The notes: generated by a model not told the origin, from the letters alone. DNA of 64,000 nucleotides from Spirochaetia bacterium (GCA_963675665.1 OY776510.1:4576001-4640000), one strand, 5' to 3'; shown: positions 8,171 through 19,055, numbered from the stretch's first letter. A program made the numbers and translations.

Positions 8171-10459
8171 TTACAATATGGTTATTTTTACCAGGCCGTC
8201 CTCGATACCGGCAACCGCTTTACCGCCTTCGGTAAGACCTCCGAACAGTACCTCGTCGACAAAGAATGATTTTATCTCATCCTGGATAAGCCTTGATATG
8301 TTTCTTGCTCCGAATTCATAGGAGTATCCCTTTCGGGCCAGGTATTCCCTGCATTCTTCAGTGATCTCAAGCTCGACGTTCTTCTCTTCAAGCTGTTTCC
8401 GGAACATCTTGATTTCCTTGTCGACAATTTTCAGAACAACGGTATCGGACAGTCGGTTGAACCTGATTATGCTGTCCAGCCGGTTGCGAAACTCGGGTGA
8501 AAAAGCCTTTTCAACGGCATTGTTTATTGCGCTCTCGGTAACCTCGTTCTCTCCGAAGCCGATAAGCGCTTTCCCGACATCACGGGCGCCTGCATTGGAT
8601 GTCATTATCAGGACCACATTCCTGAAATCGGCTTTTTTGCCGTTGTTGTCGGTAAGCGTCGCATAATCCATAATCTGAAGCAGGACATTGAAGATATCCT
8701 GGTGGGCCTTTTCAATTTCGTCAAGCAGCAAAACAGCGTGAGGGGTCCGGCGAATCAAATCGGTAAGCTGACCGCCCTCTTCAAATCCGACATAACCCGG
8801 AGGAGAGCCTATAAGTCTGGCAACGGTGTGTTTTTCCTGGTATTCGCTCATGTCGAAACGATGCAGCGGCATTCCCAGCGCCCCGGCAAGGGCTTTTGCG
8901 GTTTCGGTTTTGCCTACCCCGGTAGGACCGGCAAAGAGGAACGACGCAACAGGCTTGTCGGGGCTCTTGAATCCCGCCCTGCCGCGCCGCACGGCCTGAA
9001 CAACAGCCTTCAGGGCTTCGTCCTGGCCGTAAATAACGGATTCAAGTTCATTGCCGAGGTCCTTAAGCCTGTCCGCCTCGGACGAGCTTACGGATTTCTC
9101 GGGAACATTTGATATTCTGGACACTATCCGCTCTATATCTGCAACCGTAATATTGTGCGGCGGTTCGGAATGTACCCTCATCCAGGCCGCAGCCTCGTCT
9201 ATAACATCAATTGCCGAATCTGGATGAAAGCGGTCGTTGATATACTGTTCGGACAGATCAACCGCCGCTTCGAGGGTCCCGTCAGTATAGACCACATCAT
9301 GGTGCTCTTCGAATTCTGGCTTAAGACCGCGGAGGATATGCAGGGTTTCTTCCCGATCGGTTTCGGGAACTTCAATCTTCTGAAACCGCCTGAGCAGCGC
9401 CTGCTCGTTTTCGAAGAATTTCTTGAACTCGGTATAAGTCGTTGAGCCTATACAGCGGATTCGGCCGGCCGCGAGAACAGGCTTGAGAAGGTTCGCAGCG
9501 TCGAGGGTTCCGCCTGAAACCGAACCGGCGCCTATTATCGTGTGAATTTCATCTATAAAGAGGATAACCTTTTTAATTTTTTCGACTTCGCTGATTATCG
9601 TTTTAAGCCGTTCCTCAAAATCTCCCCGGAAACGCGTTCCGGCAATGACGCTTCCCATATCAAGCGACAGGATTTTATAGCCCTTCAGGAACTCAGGGCA
9701 GTTATCAGAAACAATTCTGAGCGCCAGGCCTTCGGCAAGGGCGGTTTTGCCGGTTCCGGGGTCGCCGACAAGAATGGGATTATTCTTCAGTTTCCGGCAG
9801 AGAACCTCGGAAATACGGTTCAGAAGATCCGTGCGTCCTATGAAGGCCTGCAGTCGACCGGCCCCGGCTTCTTCGGTCAGGTCTCTTGTGTAAGCCGACA
9901 GGGGGTTATTTTTGGGCTTCCGGTCGGCGGGCTCAGGCGACTCGACATTGATGTTGTGATCCGTATGTCCTTCAGGCATGATCCCGGCTTCAAACGGTTC
10001 AAGTTCTTCCGTATCAAACAGAAGGTCCTCATCATCCTCATAAATTCCATGCGAAATTTTTTCCAGCAGATTAAGCCTGTTTAAACCGGCTTTTTTCATA
10101 AAGAATGAGCTGAAAGATTTCTCTTCATCAAAAATGGATACGAGAATATCACTCAGATCAAGGATCTGTTTGGATGATGATTCGGTATGAATAACGGCCC
10201 GTTCTATAACATCCTGAAATCCGATCGTCTGAATGGGCTCGCTGTTGTCCGCCACAGGAATATTATGTTTAAGATGCTCTTCAAGCTCGATTCTGAGTTC
10301 TTCCGGTTCTATACCGCAGGACTGAATGATCTTGCGGGGAAGATCGAAGTAAAGTGATGCATAAAGCATATGTTCGGGGGTGATATATTCGTGTTTTCTC
10401 TCTCTGGCATCAAGATAAGCTGCATTAAGCATTCCCTGAACATCTTCGCTGATTTCCAT
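8171..10459 (-). CDS. clpA: ATP-dependent Clp protease ATP-binding subunit ClpA
   Basis: Two AAA modules (GDPGTGKT, GPTGVGKT), DMSEY, IGF loop, no middle coiled coil; adjacent to clpS. Confidence 0.95.
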   Translation of the reverse strand: MEISEDVQGMLNAAYLDARERKHEYITPEHMLYASLYFDLPRKIIQSCGIEPEELRIELEEHLKHNIPVADNSEPIQTIGFQDVIERAVIHTESSSKQILDLSDILVSIFDEEKSFSSFFMKKAGLNRLNLLEKISHGIYEDDEDLLFDTEELEPFEAGIMPEGHTDHNINVESPEPADRKPKNNPLSAYTRDLTEEAGAGRLQAFIGRTDLLNRISEVLCRKLKNNPILVGDPGTGKTALAEGLALRIVSDNCPEFLKGYKILSLDMGSVIAGTRFRGDFEERLKTIISEVEKIKKVILFIDEIHTIIGAGSVSGGTLDAANLLKPVLAAGRIRCIGSTTYTEFKKFFENEQALLRRFQKIEVPETDREETLHILRGLKPEFEEHHDVVYTDGTLEAAVDLSEQYINDRFHPDSAIDVIDEAAAWMRVHSEPPHNITVADIERIVSRISNVPEKSVSSSEADRLKDLGNELESVIYGQDEALKAVVQAVRRGRAGFKSPDKPVASFLFAGPTGVGKTETAKALAGALGMPLHRFDMSEYQEKHTVARLIGSPPGYVGFEEGGQLTDLIRRTPHAVLLLDEIEKAHQDIFNVLLQIMDYATLTDNNGKKADFRNVVLIMTSNAGARDVGKALIGFGENEVTESAINNAVEKAFSPEFRNRLDSIIRFNRLSDTVVLKIVDKEIKMFRKQLEEKNVELEITEECREYLARKGYSYEFGARNISRLIQDEIKSFFVDEVLFGGLTEGGKAVAGIEDGLVKITIL

Positions 10460-10771
10460 TTATATTCTCTCCATAATGCACTTTAACGGATACTCTTCCA
10501 TTTTGGCAAGCTGATCAACCTGCTGAACCTTCGTCGCAGCAATGTCATGTATATAAACACCGGCCAGGCCCCTTCCTTTCCGATGTACCTCAAACATTAT
10601 TTTGGTCGCCTCAACAGGATTTTTATGAAAAACCGATCGAAGCACATTTACAACAAAATCCATCGGTGTGTAATGATCATTAAAAAGCACAACACGATAC
10701 ATTTCGGGAGGCTTTATTTTATTCTCAATTTCATCAAGTACAATGCTTTCGGTGTTGAATTTTTCTGCCAT
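10460..10771 (-). CDS. clpS: Clp protease adaptor ClpS
   Basis: YRVVLFNDHYTPMDFVV, VHRKG, DIAATKV, YPLKC. Confidence 0.95.
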   Translation of the reverse strand: MAEKFNTESIVLDEIENKIKPPEMYRVVLFNDHYTPMDFVVNVLRSVFHKNPVEATKIMFEVHRKGRGLAGVYIHDIAATKVQQVDQLAKMEEYPLKCIMERI

Positions 10772-10928
10772 AGTCTAATTAATAACGCAAAACATGCTGT
10801 TTTCATTATATTTTTGGATCAAAAAACTATATATTGACGTTTAAAAAAATAAGGCCGATGTGTACAGCACGAATCTGAAACGAGTCTGTCGGTTTCCAAA
10901 AATATTATGGTTTTAATAGTATTTAAAA

Positions 10929-10957
10929 TGGACATTTGTGCGGATAATTCATATAAT
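10929..10957 (+). promoter_or_regulatory. Sigma70 promoter
   Basis: TGGACA-17bp-TATAAT upstream of SD AAGGAAGG and ATG 11001. Confidence 0.6.
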
Positions 10958-11000
10958 ACAGGATGTTTAGCACTTCAAATAAAACATTAAGGAAGGGAAT

Positions 11001-12674
11001 ATGAAAAAACGAGTAGAATTCATGGTTACCGCATTCCGTGACGGATTCCAGTCTGCATACGGAGCAAGGGTATTCACACCTGATTTCCTACCCGCGGTTG
11101 AAGCATGTGTTGAGGCCGGAATGGATCATTTCGAAGCAGGAGGCGGCGCCAGATTCCAGTCGTTGTTCTTCTACTGCAATGAAAATGCATTCGATATGAT
11201 GGATTCATTCAGAAAAGCTGCCGGGCCCGACGCAAACCTGCAGACCCTCGCGAGAGGCGTAAATGTTGTAGGTCTTGATTCTCAGCCTAGAGATATCATC
11301 AAGCTTCATGCTCAGATGTTCAAGAAGCATGGAATTTCAACTATCAGGAACTTTGACGCTCTCAATGACGTCAACAATCTTATCGACAGCGGACAGGCAA
11401 TTCATGATGCGGGCCTTAAACATGAAGTATGTGTAACTCTTATGGAACTTCCTCCGGGATGTACCGGAGCTCATACCGCGGAATTCTATCTGGATGTACT
11501 TAAGGGCATTCTTGATGCGGGAATACCTTACGATTCGGTCTGTTTCAAGGATGCTTCGGGAACCGCCGTCCCCAGCAAGGTATACGATACAATCAAGGGC
11601 GCCCGTGAACTTCTCGGCAAGGATATGAAGATTGTTTTCCACTCTCACGAAACTGCCGGAATCAGCGTTCTGGGCTACAAAGCCGCTCTTGACGCCGGCG
11701 CCGACCAGATTGACCTGTCGATTGCCCCGGTCAGCGGCGGAACCTGTCAGCCGGACGTAATAACAATGTGGCATGCGTTGCGAGGTACCGAATATGATCT
11801 CGGCGTTGATATCAACAAGGTTATAAAGGCTGAGTCCGTATTTAAAGACTGCATGAAGGATTACTTCAAGCCGCCTGAATCGGAAGCCGTTGAACCTCTG
11901 ATTCCGTTCTCACCGATGCCCGGCGGAGCGCTGACCGCCAATACACAGATGATGAGAGACAACAACTGCCTTGAAAAATTTCCCGAGGTAATTGCCGCAA
12001 TGGGCGAGGTAGTTGAAAAAGGCGGTTTCGGTACTTCCGTAACGCCGGTTTCACAGTTCTATTTCCAGCAGGCTTTTAACAATGTATTCTTCGGTCCCTG
12101 GAAAAGGATAGCCGAAGGCTACGGAAAGATGGTTCTCGGTTACTTCGGAAAGACTCCCGTTAGCCCGGACCCGGAGATTATCGAACTTTGCAAAGAACAG
12201 ATGAAGCTTGAACCGACCGACCGCAAGGTTGTCGATATTAACGACGATGATCCGAAGAAAGGAATCGAAGCGGCAACGACACTGCTTAAAGACAATGATC
12301 TGCCGGTTAACGATGAAAATATTTTTATTGCCGCAACCTGTAAGGAAAAAGGCGTGACCTACCTGAAGGGCGAAGCTACTACAATGGTCAGAAAAATTTC
12401 TGATCAGCCGAAGGCTTCGGTAGTTCAGCCGGTAGCTGCCAAACCGGCACCTTCAGCCGGAGGTAACAATATTATAGCTAATATCCCTGGGACAATTACA
12501 CGTATACTCAAGAAACAGGGAGATGCTGTTGCTTACGGAGAACCCATGATGGTATATCAGACAGGTGATTATGAAATAGAAATTCCTGCAACCGTCGGAG
12601 GAACAGTACAGAGTATTGCTGTAACCCCCGGTTCAGTAGTTGAAGCAAACAGTCTTGTTGCTACGGTAGGATAA
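11001..12674 (+). CDS. Pyruvate/oxaloacetate carboxyltransferase (OadA/PycB-like) with degenerate biotin-carrier domain
   Basis: TAFRDGFQS, EAGGGARF, RNFDALND, FKDASG, HSH, PGG, VTPVSQ; C-terminal biotinyl-fold lacks EAMKM. Confidence 0.9.
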   Translation: MKKRVEFMVTAFRDGFQSAYGARVFTPDFLPAVEACVEAGMDHFEAGGGARFQSLFFYCNENAFDMMDSFRKAAGPDANLQTLARGVNVVGLDSQPRDIIKLHAQMFKKHGISTIRNFDALNDVNNLIDSGQAIHDAGLKHEVCVTLMELPPGCTGAHTAEFYLDVLKGILDAGIPYDSVCFKDASGTAVPSKVYDTIKGARELLGKDMKIVFHSHETAGISVLGYKAALDAGADQIDLSIAPVSGGTCQPDVITMWHALRGTEYDLGVDINKVIKAESVFKDCMKDYFKPPESEAVEPLIPFSPMPGGALTANTQMMRDNNCLEKFPEVIAAMGEVVEKGGFGTSVTPVSQFYFQQAFNNVFFGPWKRIAEGYGKMVLGYFGKTPVSPDPEIIELCKEQMKLEPTDRKVVDINDDDPKKGIEAATTLLKDNDLPVNDENIFIAATCKEKGVTYLKGEATTMVRKISDQPKASVVQPVAAKPAPSAGGNNIIANIPGTITRILKKQGDAVAYGEPMMVYQTGDYEIEIPATVGGTVQSIAVTPGSVVEANSLVATVG

Positions 12675-12692
12675 AAAATCAAGTTAAATTCC

Positions 12693-12727
12693 GGGGATAT
12701 GTCCGAACGGGCATATCCCTTTTTTTA
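12693..12727 (+). terminator. Intrinsic terminator
   Basis: GGGGATATGTCCG-AA-CGGGCATATCCCT followed by T-run. Confidence 0.85.
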
Positions 12728-12766
12728 TACTGTAAGGGAAAATATAAGATCATGCATCGAAATATT

Positions 12767-14305
12767 TTATTGAAACAGCTTCTTCATTCCGGAACCGGCA
12801 CCAAGAAGATATACTACATCCAGAGACGCAATTACATCAGTAACAGGTTTAATTGCATTCAAAAAAAGGCTTTCTGAAATATACCTCCCTACCCGCTCTT
12901 CCGTAGCAATACCGTCGACACTATTCCATAAAAGCTGAACCATTCCCTGAATATCGTTTTCAAAAACAAGAGTTTCACAGCCTAACTGCTCTACAATCCT
13001 GCCGGCAAAAGAACCTTTTTGCACGGCTATCTTCTTCCCTTTAAAAAACGATGGATCCTGTATTTCCTCCGATTTTGAAAAGATCCGGATATTAAATTTT
13101 TCATAAGACGCTGAGGCCTCAACCGGTTTATCGCTGAAAAACTCATTAGGCCAGCCGACATTCAGGATGCAGTCTATCTGTTTGTCCATCAGTTTCGCAT
13201 ATAACTCGCCGAACTGTCCTCCGATAAAATTAACCTTGTAATCGCTTCCGGCGAATATCTTTTCGGTATGTTCAATACTGATTCCGGCTGCTTTGCCGTC
13301 CTTTATACTCGTCCAGGGCGGATAGGCAATATCATGGCCTATCCTGATAACTTCTTCCTTTTCAGATTCTGCCGCGCTCATGAAATTCCTGGCGGAAGAT
13401 ATGAAAATCTCGTTCATATCGACAAGATCATTCATGCAACTTTCATTGGAAGCTTTATATATCTCTACGGCCTTATCGATGAACGGGCTGTTTTTTATTG
13501 TGAACTCACCCGATTTATGTACATCGTCCAGCGAAGAAAGAAGCGAAGCTGTACTGTCTGCCTGCTTGCTTACCAGATTGTTTATTGACCCTATTTCGGA
13601 ATCAATCTTTTCAAGTTCAGCTGTTGACGCTACAAGGCTCGTACTTGTACTGCTTATATTGTCAAGAACTTCATTCTGCAGTTCGCCGTACTCACCAAGA
13701 AAGCTTTTTGCATCTGAAAGTTTTATATTTAAATCCTTGAGTATCCTGGTTATATCATTTGTATTGCTCCTGCTTCTGTCTGCAAGGTTTCTTATTTCCT
13801 TGGCTACAACCTGAAATCCTTTTCCCTGGGCCCCGGCCCTGGCCGCTTCAATGGCCGCGTTTAATGCAAGCAGGTTTGTAAGCTCTGAAATATCCTCAAT
13901 AACGTCGATCCTCTCAACTATTGTCTGAATTGAATCGGTAAGAGCAATAAATGTGTCTTTCAGATTTTTAAATCCGGCATCAAGCTTGTCTACGGAATCA
14001 GCTGCCCCGGTCATTACCGTAATGTTCATTTTTGACGAACTGATATTATTCTGAATAATCCCTGATGATTTATCTACAAGCCCTGCAACCTGCTCGGCAT
14101 TCTCGTTTACTGATTTAAGATCTGAATATGCAGAATTTATCAACTGCTGAATTCCTGAAGTAGATTTCAGATATTCCTGCTGAAACATTAATATTATCTG
14201 AAATATTTGATTGAGTTCGATGAAACTGCTGCTTAAATTATTCTTAATTTCTGAAGCTTTTTTTAGATTAGTAAAATTTATAATTTCGGATCCTTCCATT
14301 CTCAT
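12767..14305 (-). CDS. Soluble methyl-accepting chemotaxis protein with C-terminal family-3 solute-binding domain
   Basis: [31 protein letters not shown]; C-terminal [12 protein letters not shown]...[10 protein letters not shown]; no TM segment seen. Confidence 0.88.
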   Translation of the reverse strand: MRMEGSEIINFTNLKKASEIKNNLSSSFIELNQIFQIILMFQQEYLKSTSGIQQLINSAYSDLKSVNENAEQVAGLVDKSSGIIQNNISSSKMNITVMTGAADSVDKLDAGFKNLKDTFIALTDSIQTIVERIDVIEDISELTNLLALNAAIEAARAGAQGKGFQVVAKEIRNLADRSRSNTNDITRILKDLNIKLSDAKSFLGEYGELQNEVLDNISSTSTSLVASTAELEKIDSEIGSINNLVSKQADSTASLLSSLDDVHKSGEFTIKNSPFIDKAVEIYKASNESCMNDLVDMNEIFISSARNFMSAAESEKEEVIRIGHDIAYPPWTSIKDGKAAGISIEHTEKIFAGSDYKVNFIGGQFGELYAKLMDKQIDCILNVGWPNEFFSDKPVEASASYEKFNIRIFSKSEEIQDPSFFKGKKIAVQKGSFAGRIVEQLGCETLVFENDIQGMVQLLWNSVDGIATEERVGRYISESLFLNAIKPVTDVIASLDVVYLLGAGSGMKKLFQ

Positions 14306-14472
14306 TCCCGATTAATAAGAGGATATTCAATGGTACTATCCTTTTATTTAAACGTCAACAATAAGATTCATTTTCAGACGGTATTTGTTATACGCAAACA
14401 TTTTTAAATAATGGTAATAATAAAAATAAATATGTATAATCTGGATTATTATTCTAAAAAAAAGGAAAATTA

Positions 14473-15216
14473 ATGGTCATTGATGAAAAAATTTTTGAAT
14501 CATTTCGTGATGAAGCTTCAGATTATAATATTTCCAGGCTTACCATAGGGCTTGGATATACAGCCTCAGAACTTGAAGACGGAAGGACCGGTATTGCCTA
14601 TACCTGGCTGAACAGGAAAGAAGGTTGTTCCGTTATAAAGGGCCCTGACTCTTTTGAAGGCAAAAGTGCCTCTGGTCTGCTTGAAAAGATTTTTTCGCCA
14701 GTTCCGCTTGAGCGCACCCTTGCCGTTGCCACGGCAAATGCACTGAACCATAAAACAGCCGCTGCCTTTAAAGATGACGAAGGATCTCTTGTTGCCGACA
14801 TCAACTCCGGTAAGGGCAGCAGAATAGCGATGGTCGGTTTTTTTGGACCGGTTGTCGAACTTCTCAGAGCAAACGGTTCCGAAACAGTTGTTTACGATAT
14901 CGGCAAAAACAGCGGTAACCCGGACGAGTTCTTCCCTTTTCTTGAGCACAAAGCTGATGCACTGATTCTGACTTCAACAAGTCTTCTTAACGGAAGCATG
15001 GAAGACGTTCTGGCCCGTTTAGCAGGAAGACGGATCCCTGTTGTTCTTCTGGGTCCCACAACCATTATGAAGCCCGAACTTTACAGCCATCTGCCGGTCA
15101 CTATTCTTGCAGGAACGGTACCGGTAAACTCCGAAAAAGTTGTTCAGGCTATAAGAAACGGGAAAGGAACTCCCGTAATACAGAAGTTTGCAAGAAAAGT
15201 ATATACTGAAATTTAA
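14473..15216 (+). CDS. DUF364/Rossmann-like putative metal-binding protein
   Basis: IGLGYT, ATANAL, IAMVGFFGP, LILTSTSLLNGS, LLGPTT. Confidence 0.75.
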   Translation: MVIDEKIFESFRDEASDYNISRLTIGLGYTASELEDGRTGIAYTWLNRKEGCSVIKGPDSFEGKSASGLLEKIFSPVPLERTLAVATANALNHKTAAAFKDDEGSLVADINSGKGSRIAMVGFFGPVVELLRANGSETVVYDIGKNSGNPDEFFPFLEHKADALILTSTSLLNGSMEDVLARLAGRRIPVVLLGPTTIMKPELYSHLPVTILAGTVPVNSEKVVQAIRNGKGTPVIQKFARKVYTEI

Positions 15217-15225
15217 CTGATTTTT

Positions 15226-15265
15226 AAATAAAAAGGCCGCATCTTGCGAAGCGGCCTTTTTATTT
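15226..15265. terminator. Bidirectional terminator
   Basis: AAATAAAAAGGCCGC-loop-GCGGCCTTTTTATTT between convergent genes. Confidence 0.9.
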
Positions 15266-15277
15266 ATTTGCTATTTC

Positions 15278-17242
15278 TTATTTTGCGGCTTCAGCAAGCT
15301 GCTCAACGCTTACTACAGACCCGTATTTTTCCTTGAGAGCGAGAAGGTTTTTCTTTTGCTCTGCGTAAATCTGGAAAATTCTTTCAGGAACATGCTCATC
15401 TTTCCTGAATGCTTCATCCTGCAGATCAAGCCTTGAAATAATATTATCAAGGTAAAAGGAGAACTGCTTGTCATAAAGTTCTTTCGGGTAAGGTTTGTTA
15501 ATACCGTCAAAAAGTTTTTTAAGATCTTCATACAGAGGAATAAACCCTATCGGTGTTTCAATTGCTTCAACATCGCCGTTAGCCCTGAGTTCAAGCCATC
15601 CGAGCCATACCTTTACGTCTTTCTTTTCACCGAGAAGCTTCTTGCCCTCGCCGCCTCTGGCGCCTTCGGTAAGAAAGTAGTTAAGACCGGCCATAATCGG
15701 TTTAACTTTAATCTTGCCCGAGTTGTAAAACTTGAACTGCGCGTCCATGTAGTCACCGAGCGCACCTGGAATAAAGGGAGCATTCGCCCACGGCTGCCTG
15801 TTCACGCCCGTAGCCCCGACTTCTGTTGCGGTAGCAGCAGAAACAATTGAGGCGCCTATTGCAACACCTTCATCCATGGTTTTAGCTACCCATACCGGAG
15901 GCATAGTGTCGGAATCACGTCCGGAGTATGTTACAACCTGAACATGAACGCCTTCTGCGCTTTCAGCAGCTTCCTTATTATAGTTGTCGATAGACTCGCA
16001 AAGAAGGGTACATCTTGAATTGGGATGGGAAATCAGAATTTCTTTTCCGTTTGCATCTTTCTTGCCGGGCCACCATTCGCCCTGAAAGTTTACACCCTTT
16101 GAAGGTTCCGGTTCGCCGTCTCCGGTCCATCTCGGTTTATCGTTTTCGTCGATACAGACATTTGAAAAGATGACTGTTGTACCTTCTTTTCTGAGCCTCT
16201 TCATCAGGTACGGATCACCCTCTTCATTAACATCGGCTACAATACCGAATATTCCGCATTCGGGGTTGATTCCGCGTACAGTACCTGTAGATTCATCAAT
16301 CCACATCTGTGCAAGGTCGTCTCCGATAAAGTCTGTTCCGACCATTGCCGTAGTTGTTTTACCGCAGCCAGAAGGAGCGGCGCCGGCAAAAAAGGTTTTA
16401 CGTCCGCCGGGGCCGGTCATGCCGGTAAGAAACATATGCTCTGAGAGCTCTTCTTCAACCTTGTAGTATGTTGCACGGTCTACAGCAAACCTGTGGTTTC
16501 CCTTCTTCAGAAGGAGCGTGTTACCGGCATAGGTACAGAAGGTTGAATAACATGTCTGCCAGCTTCTGTCCATGTAAATTCTGGCCTTGGGAACATCTTC
16601 GGAACGTCCTGTTCCCTGGCTGTGAACATTGGTAAAGAATGTTCCGCATCTTTCAGCTTCAGCGTCAAAATCCCTGAAAACATTTCTGTAAAGAAGATCT
16701 CCCGATGATTGGACATAGGTTGAAGAGGTAATCATAAGCGCCGGAATAGATGCCTGGGCGCCTACAGGACCTCTGTTAAGAAACGCAACATACATTGTAA
16801 GGCCTTTCATGATCCCTTTCATATTTTCTTTTATGTAAGCATAAGAATCGGCCCTGAGCTCTTTCTTGGCAATTGAGCTTATGTCTTCATCCTCATTAAC
16901 AATATAAAAAGTCTGCTTTACAAGACGTCCCTGATCTTCGGGAAGATCATAATGGATCGTATGGTTCTTGATTGCAAGATTTCTTTCCTCGCCGGTTTCA
17001 AGACTTTTCTGCTTAACATAGGCAGCATCTTCCCTGCTGTCCGAGATGATGAATACATCATCCGGTTCACACATTGCAATAGAGTTTGCTATTTTAAGCA
17101 ATGCGTCTTCATTTTTAATAGTGTTAATCTTTGCAAGATTTGATTCATCAAGTCTGGTTTTAAAAAGTGCTCTGGCTTCAGCTATATCAGCAACACCTCC
17201 GACATCCGCAAGAATGTCTACACCCTTTTTCATTTCCAACAT
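15278..17242 (-). CDS. pckG: Phosphoenolpyruvate carboxykinase (GTP)
   Basis: YAGNTLLLKK, EHM, AAPSGCGKT, IGDDLA, INPECGIFG, HPNSR. Confidence 0.93.
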   Translation of the reverse strand: MLEMKKGVDILADVGGVADIAEARALFKTRLDESNLAKINTIKNEDALLKIANSIAMCEPDDVFIISDSREDAAYVKQKSLETGEERNLAIKNHTIHYDLPEDQGRLVKQTFYIVNEDEDISSIAKKELRADSYAYIKENMKGIMKGLTMYVAFLNRGPVGAQASIPALMITSSTYVQSSGDLLYRNVFRDFDAEAERCGTFFTNVHSQGTGRSEDVPKARIYMDRSWQTCYSTFCTYAGNTLLLKKGNHRFAVDRATYYKVEEELSEHMFLTGMTGPGGRKTFFAGAAPSGCGKTTTAMVGTDFIGDDLAQMWIDESTGTVRGINPECGIFGIVADVNEEGDPYLMKRLRKEGTTVIFSNVCIDENDKPRWTGDGEPEPSKGVNFQGEWWPGKKDANGKEILISHPNSRCTLLCESIDNYNKEAAESAEGVHVQVVTYSGRDSDTMPPVWVAKTMDEGVAIGASIVSAATATEVGATGVNRQPWANAPFIPGALGDYMDAQFKFYNSGKIKVKPIMAGLNYFLTEGARGGEGKKLLGEKKDVKVWLGWLELRANGDVEAIETPIGFIPLYEDLKKLFDGINKPYPKELYDKQFSFYLDNIISRLDLQDEAFRKDEHVPERIFQIYAEQKKNLLALKEKYGSVVSVEQLAEAAK

Positions 17243-17417
17243 GTCATACTCCTGTAATATTTATTTCTTATACATAAAATTTTTCTGATTATACCTTTAG
17301 AATGATAGGAAATTTTGACAAGAATAGTCAAGTGTTTCTGAACAATTGTGCAAGGATTTAATTAACATATTTGGTTTTTAACCCATTTTTTCAGCCGGCG
17401 GCCGATAATAATTCAGA

Positions 17418-18248
17418 CTACGGCAGCGGTTGATACAACGGAGGAAGAGCATCATCATTATGCAGACTATTGTAAAGCCAGGTTTCCATGGCGGTCATTC
17501 GACGATAGAAAGCATAGTAGGGATCAAGAAGAAGATTAACAAAATCATCATTCTGGAGAACTACGCCGCAATACCCGTAAACCAGAATGGTATCGCTGCA
17601 GGGTATAATCTGAAGCATAATCATTAAATCTTCAGGCTTTACCGCTTTTATAATAAATCCCAAATCCGAGACATTGGACATTGAAACAACCAACATCCCG
17701 GGGGCAGGTTCAAAACTCAACCTGTAATAGCCCCTGCCGAGTGCATTTTCCTTCATATGAAGGAAAACTGTATCCCCGGTTCCTGCGGAACTTCCGGCCG
17801 GATCAGGTATTCTATGCCTATCTTCGGGATTATCCACCGCATAAACATCTGTAAACAGGACGTCATATTTTTTCCGCCGTTCCGAATAATACATGGCGCC
17901 GGAAATACCGCTGACCTTATGACCAAGCCTGTACAGTTCACTTATAACCTTATCAGGATCACGCGGCATATCGTCCGGATACGGTATGGAGTACAGGGCC
18001 TCTACCATAACTTCCGGATTCATTGAACGGTGCATACGCATAACCCCGGCTGCATTACCGGTTGCCGGCAAATACAAAGGCCCTGAAGATTCTTCATCAT
18101 ACCTGAAAACATGACCGTTCAGTTTCAGCACTTCCCTGACTTCAGCCGGGACGTCTGACAGATACGCGTCGCTGTCCGGAAACTGTTCGGCAAACAGGAC
18201 GGATACGGAGAAAACAAAAATAACTGTTAAAAGGTTTTTCTTTATCAT
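17418..18248 (-). CDS. Exported hypothetical protein (spirochaete DUF6675-like)
   Basis: Signal peptide; ISGAMYYSERRKK, RRMTAM..W motifs recalled from spirochaete proteins. Confidence 0.6.
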   Translation of the reverse strand: MIKKNLLTVIFVFSVSVLFAEQFPDSDAYLSDVPAEVREVLKLNGHVFRYDEESSGPLYLPATGNAAGVMRMHRSMNPEVMVEALYSIPYPDDMPRDPDKVISELYRLGHKVSGISGAMYYSERRKKYDVLFTDVYAVDNPEDRHRIPDPAGSSAGTGDTVFLHMKENALGRGYYRLSFEPAPGMLVVSMSNVSDLGFIIKAVKPEDLMIMLQIIPCSDTILVYGYCGVVLQNDDFVNLLLDPYYAFYRRMTAMETWLYNSLHNDDALPPLYQPLP

Positions 18249-18257
18249 TTATCTTTA

Positions 18258-19055
18258 TCAGAGCTCGAAACTCAATGTCACGGCTGTCCTACTGTCTGCA
18301 TACTGATTTACGGCTACGTTTATTCCTGTTTTACCTTTTATTGTGTGCAGCAGCGGTACTCCGACACCGAAAGCAGAGCCTATCAATGCACCGGCAAGCA
18401 CATCAGTGATGTAATGACTTCCCGATAAAACACGTAACAGGCCTGTAACTGTCGCCGTTGTATAGGCCCCTATACCGAAAGGTATAATATACTTCGATTC
18501 CGGAAACATCCGGGAATATGCAAAAGCGGAAAAACTGCATACGGCGAATGTTAATGCCGTATGACCTGAAGGGAAACTGTTTGTATATTCATCATCCAGC
18601 GGGGCGGCATAATATGTGTATGGCCTGTAACGCAGCACCATGTCCTTAATTATTTCCTTGGTAGCATGGGTCAGAATCATGGATTCCATAAGCATTGCGC
18701 CTGTTTCAATTATGATCCCCCACTCCTGTCCTGCAACCAGTACTGCGGGAAAAAGAAGCGAACCTGCAAACAGGATATCGGAAGAAAGATCAGCCCCTGA
18801 GTTATAGGGAAAAACAGCGTATCTGTCCGGTGAAAAAACTTCGTCTTCAGGAAGCTGCGATCCTGTCGCCGGTTCAACAAACTGCTCATAAATTAAAAGA
18901 CCCGCCCCGGCGGCCAAAACAGGAACATCGACAGGTACTGACAGGCTGAATGCGCTTTCGTCTGCAGATGTAATAATATCCGCAAGGTTTTTTCCGAAAA
19001 CGTTGCCGCAGATAAAAAGAAAAAAGATGATAATAAGTACTCTGTTGCTCTTCAT
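18258..19055 (-). CDS. PAP2-family phosphatase
   Basis: K...R.RP, SFPSGH, RVLSGSHYITDVLAG. Confidence 0.9.
   Translation of the reverse strand: MKSNRVLIIIFFLFICGNVFGKNLADIITSADESAFSLSVPVDVPVLAAGAGLLIYEQFVEPATGSQLPEDEVFSPDRYAVFPYNSGADLSSDILFAGSLLFPAVLVAGQEWGIIIETGAMLMESMILTHATKEIIKDMVLRYRPYTYYAAPLDDEYTNSFPSGHTALTFAVCSFSAFAYSRMFPESKYIIPFGIGAYTTATVTGLLRVLSGSHYITDVLAGALIGSAFGVGVPLLHTIKGKTGINVAVNQYADSRTAVTLSFEL

Noticed and set aside
10853-10896. Possible riboswitch or ribozyme upstream of the carboxyltransferase
   Set aside because: Only one imperfect stem; no recognisable core; lies upstream of the best promoter
17401-17408. GCCGATAA sigma28 -10 box
   Set aside because: No -35 match at 15 bp and it points antisense into a gene end
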